Positions 12,478-24,220 of a stretch of DNA of 51,606 nucleotides are shown here, piece after piece. Made by a program: the position numbers and the translations under genes. The first letter of the stretch is position 1; each line of letters opens with the position of its first letter. The notes beneath the pieces were generated by a model, which saw nothing but the letters and a program-made list of their open reading frames with translations, did not search any database and was not told the DNA's origin. This DNA comes from Nemertoderma westbladi (lineage: Eukaryota > Animalia > Xenacoelomorpha), in NCBI GenBank assembly GCA_032718475.1, contig JAUCBJ010007444.1:1-51606 (forward strand), in the 5' to 3' direction.

Positions 12478-15385
12478 CTACGGTGCGCCCTCTAGGAGGC
12501 AGCACTTCCCTACAGCCCTCCTGTAGGTCTTCCTATCTTTCGCTCCTATCTTACCACCTATCCGCACTTCTACCGATCGGACTCTTCCGTCCTCATTGGA
12601 GTAAGTGCCCACAACTCTCGCCAATCGCCATTGGTTGTTGATGATGGTATCGTCCGTGGCGATCACCAGATCACCCTCCTTTAACTCCCTATTTGTATTC
12701 CTCCACTTGCTTCTCCTATGAAGCGTGGGTAAGTATTCCTCGACCCACCTCCTCCAGTATTCCGCGCTTATCGCCTTGGCGACTTTCCAACTCTGTCAGG
12801 AGTGTATATCGTCTGGGTCTACACCCCGCATGTCGATGGTCGCCGGCCTCTCCATTAGAAAGTGACTGTGTGTCAGCACATCTAATGACTCTGGGTTATC
12901 ATTTTCTGGATATAGCGGTCTGCTATTAATGATACCCTCGCACTTTGCTAGTACTGTCCTTAGTACGTCTTCCGTTACCATGTGGGTGTTCATCAACTTC
13001 GTCATCAGATGCTTGGAACTACCCACGAGTCTCTCGACGCATCCTAGAGTATGCGGAGCATATGGCGTCCTCCTCTCCCACTTCACCTGTCGTCTTCTCA
13101 TGGCTGCCCTGACTTGCTGCCCTGACTTCCTCCCCTTCCATGATGTCCAAGGCATCTGCCAGCTCGTTCTCTGCCCCCACAAAGTTGGTTCCGTTATCAG
13201 AGTATATTACTGCGATCGTCCCACCTTTGCGGTCTCTGAACCTTTCTAGGGCATTGATGAATGCCGATGTTGTTGCATCTTGGGCGAGTTCTATCCTTAC
13301 CGCCCACGTGTTCTTACATACGAAGATAATGCCGTAGCACTTCTCCGTGTGCCGCATCACCTTAATCTTTATCGGCCCAAACATATCCACACCGCAGTGC
13401 GTGAATGGCGGGTTGTGCTGTCTCACCCTACTGGCCGGTAGTGGCGCCATCTCCTGTATGGCTCGCTCCTTCTTTGTTCGTCGGCAGGTCTGGCACTGCC
13501 CCACTACTGCCTTTACCTTCTTTCTTAACTGTTTGACCCAAAAGGTCCTTCGTATCTCCGTGAGGGTTCGGTTGGTGCCCCCGTGCAATATCGACTTATG
13601 GGAGTCCCAGATGATCTGGTGGACTATCGGTGATCCATTAGGGATGATGATGATGGGCTTTGGTGGAATGATGATACTGTTGTTGTTCAACACCCTAGAG
13701 TTCATTACTAAGATTCCATCATCATTGAGTTGTGGCGACAGCGCGATCTGCTCACTGTCCCGTCGGAGATGCTGTTGTTTACCGATGCGTTCCACCTCGT
13801 CGCCGTAATTCTTTCTCTGTTCGTAGCGGATGACGGCCTTTGGCCGCTCCCTCCAGATCGATGTGTGGTTTATTTTTTATGTCTTTGCCGACTCCCTTGA
13901 GGAAATTCCCGAAGGCTCTCCAGTACGCCACTAACTTCTTGGTCTTGTACCAACTTGAGCTGTAGCTAAGGAGTTTGTCCGTCGGGTTATCGCAAAGTTC
14001 TCCTGGTTTTGGTTGCACGTCCCTTATCTCCCTCACCATCTGGATATATATCTCTTCACCTTCTGAATCTCCTCCTTCTTCCTCTAATGCTACTTCTCCT
14101 GAGCCCGGGTCCACCTTTCTCATCGGCGGCCAGGCTTTCTTATCGTTCAGAAATTGCGGCCCGTGCTGCCACAATACCTCCTTCTTCAAGAAAGTGTGGC
14201 GTGCTACGCCCCTTGATAACAAGTCCGCTGGGTTCTCTTCCATTGGGCAGTAGTGCCACCTTTCCAATTCCGCCGTCGCTCTTATTTCGTCCACCCTATT
14301 TGCGACGAATATAGGGTATCTCGTCCTTTCATTGTGTAGCCAACCAAGCACTACAATGGAGTCCGTCCAGTAGTGTGTTTCCACTATGTTGGGAATAGCA
14401 TCCATCAAGTATGCTGTGGGCCTTACTCCTAACCTCGCAGCTGTCAGCTCGATTTTCGGAACCGATGCTGAATCTGGCTGCGTCGATTTAGCTTTGCTGA
14501 ATGCAAGCATGGGCTTATGAGCCCCCTCCCGTTGTACTAGGTAGAGTGCCGCTCCATATGCCTCCAATGACGCATCGGAGAACATGTGTAGATCCAGGTC
14601 TGTCATGTCCCCATTCGGGAAATACACCCTCGGCATGCTGTATGTCCCCATCTGTTCTAAACTCTCTGTCCACTTGCTCCATTGCTTGCTGATCTCTTCC
14701 GGGACCTCTGTGACCCATTCTTCCTTTAGTTTGTATACTTTCTTAAGTATCTGTTTCCCCGTGACTAGTAATGGGGATGCTAGGCCTAGGGGGTCGTATA
14801 TCCTTGCTATGTACGACACATAGCCCCTCTTTGTGTGGATGTCTGCACCCTCCTGGCTCAACTGGTACTTCAACTCGTCTGTCTCTCGGTTCCACACGAT
14901 CCCTAATGCATTCTGTTGGGACTCTACCCTTTTGTTCGCCATGTCCTGTCCCTTGGCTGTCGTGAGATTATCCATGGTCGACTCTGGCCTCCTGTCCTCT
15001 ATGGCTTTCATGAACTCTTGCGAGCTGGATTGGAACTTGGTTAGGTTAAACCCGGATCCTTTTAGGATGTCGCGAACCTCACGCCCCGTATCCAGTAGTT
15101 CCTTAACCGTATTTCCAGACTCCATCCCGTTGTCCACATAGAAGCCGCTTCGAATCATATCGACGGTTTTGGCACTATATTTATCTTCCTTCCCTTATAC
15201 CGTGTCCCTCATGGCCACAGTCGTCGTGAAAGAGGACGACTTGGCCCCCATATTCTGTACTACCATCTTATACATCGGTATTGTCGGTGGTTCCTCATCA
15301 CCGTTGTACCATAGGAAGCGCTGACTGTCGCTGTCCTCTTCCGTTACACGGACTTGGTTGAACATGCCTTCGATGTCGCGTTGTA
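12478..15385 (-). pseudogene. pol: BEL/Pao pol remnant (RT C-half, RNase H, integrase), frameshifted
   Basis: Motifs DIEGMFNQV, FYVDNG (YVDD mutated), IYDPLG, FSDAS, NPADLLSRG, GVDMFGP, YSDNGTNF, GCVERLV and WRLARV, spread over several frames. Confidence 0.92.
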
Positions 15386-15726
15386 GACTCGTCGGAGCCG
15401 GTCGCTGACTCCGACATCCTCGTCGCCGACGTCCCCCCTTTCTCTCCGTGTTCGGCGTCGTACCGGCGGCCCCACCGTCGCCGTTCCGGTGGGCCGTCCG
15501 TCGCCCTCGGCCTGTGGCTGGCCGGCGACATTGGTAATTCGACCGCCGCCGCGCGTCGACTTGTCCTCTCCTCTGGTAGATGACTGCCCTCCGCTTGGGC
15601 TGCCGGATCGTTCGGGGTTGAGGAGTCCGGCGTCCTGGGTCGGTACCGCCGCGTCGCGTCCTCGCGGATCGTTTCGTTTGTATCGTCCGGGGTCCGCGGC
15701 GGTGTTGTCTCTTCTTCCTGACTCAT
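15385..15726 (-). pseudogene. gag: N-terminal stub of gag of D, fused by deletion to mid-RT
   Basis: ATG at 15726 just inside the 5' LTR, then low-complexity sequence that runs directly into the RT motif near 15380. No zinc knuckles or protease. Confidence 0.6.
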
Positions 15727-15784
15727 CTTTAACTTTACTTTGTCAGTGGCTGGCAGTCAGTTTAGACAGTTAGAACTTTATTAC

Positions 15785-16352
15785 TGTGACGGGATCCGAG
15801 AAACCCGACCGGTGTGGTTTATTTATGTGTCCCCGCCGTCAGTGAAAGAGTTCGTTATATTGTTATCGTTCCGACGTTGTTAATGAATATAAAATATAGT
15901 ATCGAATAAATGAATAGACAGATAGCACAGTTGATGGTGAAATCAGAATATACCAGTAAAATATTGATGGTGGTGGCGGCAACGGTAATAAAGGTTGCCG
16001 TTCTGCCCTAACTGAACTGACTAAGTTGACTAAATGAATGACAAGTATCAATGGGTAATATACTGCACTGGGTTGGCCGTATTACTCAGCGGATGCCTGC
16101 CCCCCATTGGCTAATAACCTAATTCTCGCCCTCCCATCTCTCTGTGATTGTTTTCCCCCTCCACTGTCACTTTCCCTCTCCCAGAGGTATGACCTCTGAC
16201 CCCCGTTGTGTGTGGCCCTTTGGGGTTTGTCATCCCCGTTTATTGGGGTGATACGAGGTCGATTGGCAATCAACCTCGTACTCCCCAATATTGCTTAAAG
16301 GCCCCGCTTGTCCAACTTTATGGGGTGGTTAGCGGAATTGAATTCGCTAACA
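15785..16352 (-). repeat. 5' LTR of element D
   Basis: TGTTAGCG...GTCACA on the minus strand; followed by GTAATAAAG rather than TGG. Confidence 0.95.
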
Positions 16353-16560
16353 TGACTTACAAATCCCATTTCTTGCGGCCCATGCTTGCCTTCCCCTTAC
16401 GTATTCGAAGGTCTTCACCTGACCTACATGCCCCCATCCTAAGAGATTATGCTCATACATTAAGACATTTCATGTGGACTGTCGAAGTTAACGGTCAACA
16501 TTTTGGTATTCTTGGAGTTAACAAAAAGACCAATGTTCGCGCTTTTAGACATTTAAATGT
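16353..16560 (-). mobile_element. Degenerate RTE LINE fragment, upstream part of the target split by element D
   Basis: Minus translation includes EDLRIRKGKA..AARNG, contiguous with 9900-10092. Confidence 0.6.
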
Positions 16561-17898
16561 GGTGGTCTATGGTTGAATGGTTGAATGTGGATAAATAAGG
16601 TGTCTTATGGCTGACCACAGTCGAAGCCAGTCTAGTGCGGTGTATGACCCACCGGAGGTGGGAGACTGGATTCGATGGCAGAGAGAACCGTAGGACACTT
16701 TGTATTATTCTATTGATCTTTACTATGACAATCTCTAAAAACTATGTTTATTTTCCGTTAAATACTGACAGTTCCTTTTAAGGTGCTGCGCTCTAAATAC
16801 CATGCAGAGATATGACTTATAGTAATTACAACGGGTGGACATGAGACCGCACAATGTTTACATTATTTAGGAATGTATAATTATTCGCTCGCATTCACAC
16901 AACTGACAATAGTACTGAAACACACTAATTTGCCGACTGTCACCAATTTTACTCTCATATAAGGAGAACTTAACTCACGTACGTCGTCGGGGACTATGAA
17001 ACAGCATATAACAAATACAAACCACTGTTCTTTAAACTATGCAATTGTGAATAGTAAACCATCCGCTTACCTCAATGATCATGAAAACCAAGAGATCTAC
17101 CGGTTACTCGTAAGTATTCTCCAACCATTAACATTAATCAATATACATAACAAATCGCAGTATTATAACAATATAAAGAATATAAATTACGCGGTGTGCG
17201 GCATTTAATCATCAGTCAGATGTCAGAAAGTCAGGAATGGACGAGAGATAATTTACTGTGCTGTGTAATTCCCTGACACTCTAACCTCATGGTCTTTTGG
17301 GCAAAGTCAGAAAATGAATAAACACTCACACTGAAGTGCTGCAAGAATAGTCTTGCCTCAAGTAGTCCACAAAACATGAATCACATCGAACGCCGTAGAA
17401 TGTTTGGAAGATGCAAGAACTCCCAATCAGGGACCAGTTTCCATGCCATCAACCCTATATTATATATTTATTTCTTTATTTACGGTAAAACTCACAGTAA
17501 TACAATTATAGTGAGGCAGCACAGTACGATAATATACCAGCTGATAATTGAAGACTGTAAATAGCGTCAGGATTCAGTCCAGCAGGGGCTGGTCTATTGT
17601 ACACTCCTACAGTAGCTACAAGTACTATAAAATAAATAACCCGTAACCAATGGATCCAGTAATTCTGTCTATGGGGTGACATACTGTAGGAGGGAAAGTA
17701 AACTAATTGGACAGTGACTAACAAAGAAGCACGTAAATAAAAGGAATAGTATCCAATGACTGGTGATTTCGTAATCTGAGCATTTGGGTTTCTGTGGAAA
17801 TAGATAGATAGATAGATTTATTTATACATTATGTAAAAACAATAACAAATACACCAAACAATGTACCGGTATAAAGGTATTGTCCAACATAACATATA

Positions 17899-17940
17899 GG
17901 ATTACCCCTAAAGCTTTGCAGCTTATTTCCAAGGGGGTCC
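17899..17940 (-). other. LINE 3' UTR stem-loop
   Basis: Minus strand GGACCCCCTTGGAAATAAGCTGCAAAGCTTTAGGGGTAATCC, an imperfect hairpin ~100 nt before the tail. Confidence 0.6.
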
Positions 17941-18131
17941 TTTATGTTACTTGGTTACAAATACAATATTACACTACGCTAACCTAAAACCAATATAAAA
18001 CGTAATTACACTATGTACATGTACAACTTTACCGAGAGCGTGACAATGCCCGACTCAACGATAAAGATGTAATGTACAGAACAATTTATTATAAAACGTA
18101 ATTACAGTATAAATAGTAAATAATTAATAAA

Positions 18132-21100
18132 CTAATAACTTACTGTAGGACTATTGTACTTATTTTTACATTGCACACGGAGGTGAGATTTAACTGCAGA
18201 TTTAAAAGAATGTTGATTATTTAGGTTTTTAATTTCATTAGGCAGAGCGTTCCAATTTTTTATGCCGTTAAAAAAGAAAGTATCAGATTCAAAGGATTTA
18301 CAATTCGGGAGGTAGAAGTTTGAAGCACTAGCTCTGGTACTGTAAGAGTGTGTATCGCGTACTCTGTTGAATTTTTGTTTTAGGTAATTGGGACATTTAC
18401 CATTATACACTTTATGCACATGGTTAAGGCGTAGCTGCTTAACTCTACTATCTAAGTTAAGTAGTCCAGATTCAGAAAAGTCATCTGGAGTTAGGTGGTG
18501 CCTAGGTTTGTAGTCTTTAATAAATCGTACTACTTTATTCTGAGCTACTTGTAATTTATATTTAAGCTGTTTGGTTAAGCCTTCATACCAAGAAGAGCAA
18601 GCATAGTCCATGTGACACTGTATTAAAGAAGAGCAAAGTAACTTGCGGGAGTCGGTGTTCAAACTATTTTTATTTCTGTATAGAAACCTAAGCCTACTGT
18701 TAACTTTCGAGAAAATATTTTTCACTGTACTTTCTCCTGATAAGCAGTTATCCAATGTGGCCCAATATTTATTTATTTATTTATTTATTTATCCAATATT
18801 TAACTTCCTTTTTATTTTCAATCTTATGTCCATTACTAGTGACTTCAAACTTAGTTACCTTCTTTAACTTTCTTTTGGAACCAAACAAAATACTTTCAGT
18901 TTTACCGTAGTGAATGGATAGCTTATTATCAACCAACCACTCATTACAGGATTCTAGAACTGCACTTAACTTTTGGGAAATATGGATAGGATCTTTATGA
19001 GAGAAAATAAGAGCACTGTCGTCGGCATATAAAATGAGTTTAAAATCGGGATCTATACTACTTATCATATCATTTACATAGCATACAAAAAGCAGAGGAC
19101 CTAATATACTACCTTGCGGTACACCACAGGTAATCTGTTGTACAGTAGACAGCGATTTGCTAATGACTACAGTTTGACCTCTGTCTGACAGGTAGGACTT
19201 GAACCAGTCTATAGAACCTACACCCATCAGGCCTAACTTACCAAGCAGAATTTCGTGATCTACAGTATCGAAAGCCTTTTGTAGGTCCAACATTACCATA
19301 CCAGTATATAAACCCTTTGCGTTATTACATCTAATTGTATCAGTTAAGTTAATAAGGCAGGTGTCTGTAGAATATGATTTACGAAAACCGGACTGAAGTT
19401 CATAGATCAGATTTAGCCTACTAAGATGTGCTTCCAGCTGTAGAAAAACAGAACGTTCTAGAATTTTAGATACAATACTTGAGATACTAACAGGTCTGTA
19501 ATTACAGGGTTCTACTTTACTATTCTTTTTATACAGAGGAACAACCTTAGCTAATTTCAGTTCGTCTGGTACTACATTATCTACGATAGAGTAATTAATA
19601 ATAAAAGTAATAGGCACTTTAAGTACTTCAGCACCATCCTTAAGAAAACGGGCAGGTATTAGATCTAGACCGGTACTTTTTGAGGCTGATAGGCTAAGTA
19701 GATTTTTAAAAACGAAATCCTCAGAAACGGGTTTTAAAAATAACTTTTCTGAATTTTGTAACTTTTCTAAATAAAAATTATTTAGAGTTTCGGACCCTAT
19801 ACTATATTTATTACTTGATAACGGTAATTTCTTAACTAAATTAGAGGCAACATTAGTAAAATAATTATTAAATAAATTACTAACTAGAGTATGATCATGA
19901 ATCAGCTCACCGTTATCTTGCAGAACAATATTCGATTTAGATTTAAGGTTTTTATAACCTAAAGATTTTAGGGTAGACCATAGACTTTTAGGATTATCTT
20001 TATTCTCACTTATTTTGTTGTACAAATATTCAGATTTAGCTTTTTTTATTTCCCGTTGGACAAGGTTTCTATATTTGCAGTAATTATTATAATCAGCTAA
20101 AACACGGTATTTCCTAAATTTATACAAATAGTTATCTCTTTCTCTGATATTACTAAGAATACCCGAGGTCATCCAGGGCTCAGTGCGTTGTTTAAGACTA
20201 ATTTCTTTAATTGGTGCTACAGTATTAAGTGCCTTTAAAAATATATCTTTAAAAACAGTGTACGCAAGGTTAATGTCAGCGGCCTTAAAACAGGGTTCCC
20301 AGTCTGAATTAACTAACAAACTTAAAAAGCGTTCCTTGCTGTAATTTTTCATAGACCTAACTGTTACTGTTTTATGATCCCCGAAAAAAGATTTTTGTGT
20401 CTTTCTTGTGCAAAAAACTATAAAATGATCGCTTAGACCTATAGGTAAAACCCCAGATTGAGAAATAATATCGGTATTATTACAAAGGATGTGATCTAGT
20501 AAAGTAGAAATTTTACTGGTAATTCTGGTAGAATCTCGAATAATTTGTTTTAAACCAAACAAATTTAAAATACTTTGGTACTGTTTACAGATGGGGGATG
20601 CTTTGTGATGGTAACAGATATTAAAATCACCTAAGAAATATATTTCACAGTCTGACCTAAGATTACATAAAATTGTATTTTCAAAATTTTGCAAAAAATC
20701 TGATTGTTTAGGGGGCCGATATAAAGTACCGATTAAAATAGGTTTAGTTTTAGGAAGTAAAAGTTCCACCAGTAAAACTTCGTCACAAGTCTCTAAATCT
20801 TCCCTACGATTAAAAGCTAAATCACATCGAATGTAAGTACAGACACCACCACCGTGTCTGTCCCTATCCTTACGTAAAACTACGTAATTATTAATATAAA
20901 TTTCTCCATCAGAAACACTATCATCGAGCCAAGTTTCAGAGATTGTTAAAACTGCTGGGTTGGATTTATTGATTAAAATACGAATTTCGGAAAGTTTTGG
21001 AAGCAGAGATCGTGCGTTTAAGTGCAAAAAATGCAGACCTTTTTTCTTAAAAAAATTAAAAGTTTCACTCTCAGCATCACTTGGAGTTTGCAGAGGCGAT

Positions 21101-21657
21101 GTGAGAAATGAATCGTCGGTTTCTGATTCTAAAATTGTATCATGAAAGGGAAGTTCGGTAAAAATACAGCTATTGCAGAGAAAACTTGGTTCAAGATTGT
21201 TTCTGGTGGAGAATAAATTACTGCGTTTCCTACGGTAACATTTTAAATGTACAAATGTGTCACAACTCTCGCATTGGACGATCTTACTCCGAGAGTTTGT
21301 TCCTCGTTGACAGACGGAACAGTTGATCTTCGGGGCCTGCGTCCTGCTGGGTCCTGGGTTGGTCTCAATATCCCCAGCCAGAGACAGTAGACAGAGTTTA
21401 GCGATTAGGCCTCTAGATCGTGGAGAGGAGACCCAAGATCTTCTTCCCCGACGAGAGCAGTAGAGGCTAAATCCACTCGTCGACCACATCTCCGTCGATT
21501 CGGCGCGGCAGTTCGAAATGGTAGCGACAGGGTGTTCCGCAAACCAGTCCAATACGGGTATTGGGTGGGTTGCAGGGTTACCCCGCGGATCGGATGGTTC
21601 TGCCACAACGAAACGACCCAGAACGATGAAAACTGTGGAGATAAAGAGCGGGGACAT
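18132..21657 (-). pseudogene. LINE polyprotein: N-terminal peptide-2A-PHD-APE-RT (~1164 aa when restored), broken by one 31-nt insertion
   Basis: Motifs [39 protein letters not shown] and YADD. Removing 31 nt at 18771-18801 puts 18781..21657 and 18132..18755 in one frame. Confidence 0.92.
21349..21390 (-). other. 2A-like StopGo (ribosome skipping) peptide [14 protein letters not shown]
   Basis: Exact D-[V/I]-E-x-N-P-G-P consensus at aa 96-103, directly upstream of the PHD and APE domains. Confidence 0.88.
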
Positions 21658-21799
21658 TGTGCTGTCTGGCTGTAGTCTGACTCAGGGATAAAAACTGTAT
21701 AGGCCTAGTACCGGTATCTTTCTTGGTCTTATTGTCGGCAGGCCTACAGCTTATCTACTACAGCTGTATGCTCAGAATGTAGGGGAAAGTACATATACT

Positions 21800-22174
21800 T
21801 AGAATAAATGCTGGAGGGAGTAAGTTTACATCAGTTCATAAAATGCAAAGTTCTTAAGAGTTTTTAAAGGGTTTAGAGTAACCAGCGCATTGTGTAAAAT
21901 GGATACATTTTGGCCACAAAAGCTTTAACACCGCTCCCAGAAAATGGGACTTAGGTCTATAAAATATACATAGAGTCACAATTTCTTAATATAATAACTA
22001 CTCTAAACAATCAATCTTTCTTTCTAGAACGACATTTACGGAGTTTCTTGAACATTTGGGCAGTGGTTGTCTTCTTCAAGGCGCTACGAGCCACTTTACT
22101 CGGAGGGCTATAACACCTCGGGGAAGGGTGCAATATAATTGCATCAGAAGGGTTGGGGTTGCTGTTGGTGTATC
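21800..22174 (-). mobile_element. LTR element B (relative of A): end of 3' ORF, PPT and start of 3' LTR
   Basis: Reverse complement aligns with 31390-31630 of A: PSDAIILHPSPR..YSPP..KVAR...KKLRK..RKKD*, PPT GGGAGCGG (21931-21938) and LTR start TGTTAAAGCTTTTGTGG at 21930. Confidence 0.85.
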
Positions 22175-23373
22175 TGTAAAAGATTTTGTGGGATAACTGA
22201 TTCGTTTGCCTTGCTAACCAGTTCCCCCCAGGCGCTGGAATACTCTAAAAAGGTATCTATAACTAGAATAGTGCAAGCTACCGGCTGATTGGCTGATTTG
22301 CTGTGCGAAGGGATCTGGGCTACGTTTGATCGTCCATCCAGCTTGGGAAGGTTGCCTCACAGCCCTGCTTTCTGTATCTGCCAATAGGATTTGAGTTGGT
22401 TTTGATTTCGACCTATCACAGATCTACTGAACTGAATTTTCCTATCTGTATGCTCATTCTCTGTGGTGGGTGGAAGCCTTTGTAAATAAGGTTATTCTTA
22501 TCAGTTTTCAGTGTTGTTGGTGATTCTAAGCCAATAAGAACGGCTCTAGAATCGCTTATTTTCAGACTTTATAAGAAACATTAGTAGGCTTAAGATTATA
22601 GAGCGTATAACTGTTATCTTATCTCTTAACTTAACCACGAATCATAATACAATACATATTTACATATCTTAACCTACCGTCTTACTGCTTTTATGGTTTG
22701 TAATTATTTGTGTCAGTTAATTGGATGTTATTAGTTGAAGAATATCGTCAAATAACCCGAATTTCCCAATTTTCTTGATACACTACAGGTTAGAGAGACA
22801 GTTTACATACAACGATTGCGACTTATATTATAGTGGTTTGTAGTGAATATAATGCTATTTGGTAGCCACTACTTGAGTCAAGTGCTATTCTCTTTATACG
22901 TGATCAAAGTCAGTGACTGTCGGCAAACCAGTGAGCAGTATTGTGCGGTACCGGTAGTGTGTATGATTGTGATTGAGACTGATAACTAAGCATCTCCTAA
23001 AGAATGCGTCTCATACGTGAAATCTAAGCCATATCGTTGTGTTTGGTGTAAGTCATAACTCTGTTTACATAGATAGAGCGCCACGTCCTAAAGGAACTGC
23101 TAATATTTCCCGAAAGTGAATAATATTTGCCAGAGATTATACATTAGTGATCAATCGAATAATACAAGTAGGCTTCACTGCAATAAATCTAAGCCCTCAG
23201 AATCCAGCCCCCCGGGTATATCCAGAAGGTGAATGGACGCGCACTAGGCTGGCTTCGGCTAATGTTGTGTTTATTTTGTATTAAATCTTGTCATCTTATA
23301 AAGTCAATTTACCAACTAAAGACATATAAATTTTGGCAGGTTAAACTGCTAAAGGTCTACAAAAGCGTGTACA
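22175..23373 (+). repeat. 5' LTR of element A
   Basis: Direct repeat of 31612-32810; TG..CA ends. Confidence 0.97.
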
Positions 23374-23659
23374 ATAACAGTTATTGATCTTATTGCAGTA
23401 AGCAATAAGGTTGCTAAGTACCGGTCTATCGGTAAACCTGAACCGGTACTTCTGTAGGTCACTAGGCCCAACTGTCATAACCAGTACTGTTGTATAAGTA
23501 CATTAGTATTATTCGATTTTGATTATAGTATACCGGTAGGTCTTAGTACTGAATCGGGGACTGCAGCCCTGATTTTTATTGAGATTCTACTTATTTCTGT
23601 CGGTTTTATTTCCTAGTAAGTTAATATTGAGCTGAAGACGTGTAAGTCTGCTCAGATTG

Positions 23660-24220
23660 TTCAGATCATTGTAGGCTGGACTGTTGTCTGACTGTTGTTA
23701 GGCTTGAAGATTACAGCGTGTGTAGAGTAAGTCTGATAAAGTGCCAGTTAGTAAGTTGGGGCAACTCGTAGTTGTAAGGTCAACCCCCTCTTAAAGAATA
23801 AGTCGTACTACCGTATTAGCACGCATACTAACTAACAATCTCGGAATCTGCATATACTGTGGTTTATTTAGGCTTGATAGTAGTCCGTCAGCGTTTATCC
23901 TGTATTGTTTGTATAGTCTGTTCAGGTACCGTAATATTATTCAGATATTTTGTAGGCTGGATTGTTGTCTGGCTGTTGTTGGGTCTGAAGGAATTGCTGC
24001 GTGTGTAGAGTAAGTCTGATAAAGTGCCGGTTAGTAAGTTGGGGCAACTCGTAGTTGTAAGGTCAACCCCCTGCTAAAGAATAAGTCGTACTACCGTATT
24101 AGTACGCATACTAACTAACAATTTTGGAATCTACACATACTGTAGTTTGTTTAGGCTTGATAGTAGTCTGCCAGCATTTAGTTTGTATTTTATTTGAGTA
24201 TTCTGTACGGGTAGCGTAAT
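23660..24220 (+). repeat. ~280-bp tandem duplication in the 2-kb leader of A
   Basis: TTCAGAT..TGTAGGCTGGA...GTAAGTTGGGGCAACTCGTAGTTGTAAGGTCAACCCCCT occurs in units starting near 23660 and 23940. Confidence 0.9.

Larger units (their letters stand above)
10093..16352 (-). mobile_element. BEL/Pao LTR retrotransposon D, internally deleted and degenerate
   Basis: Two TG..CA LTRs (567/568 bp, about 13 differences by eye). Flanks are TGACA/TGACT (imperfect 5-bp TSD). PPT at 10660-10668 on the minus strand; Pao-type RT-RH-IN remnants inside. Confidence 0.95.
17800..21780 (-). mobile_element. CR1/L2-group LINE with a single ORF, near full length
   Basis: PHD-APE-RT ORF, 3' UTR stem-loop, then AATAAA and a (TCTA)n tail ending near 17800. 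The 5' boundary is approximate; it appears to sit in the LTR of element B. Confidence 0.92.

Noticed and set aside
16600-17800. Probable continuation of the LTR of B beyond the LINE
   Set aside because: Plausible from position, but I could not align it to LTR A or C or fix its end, so it is not annotated.
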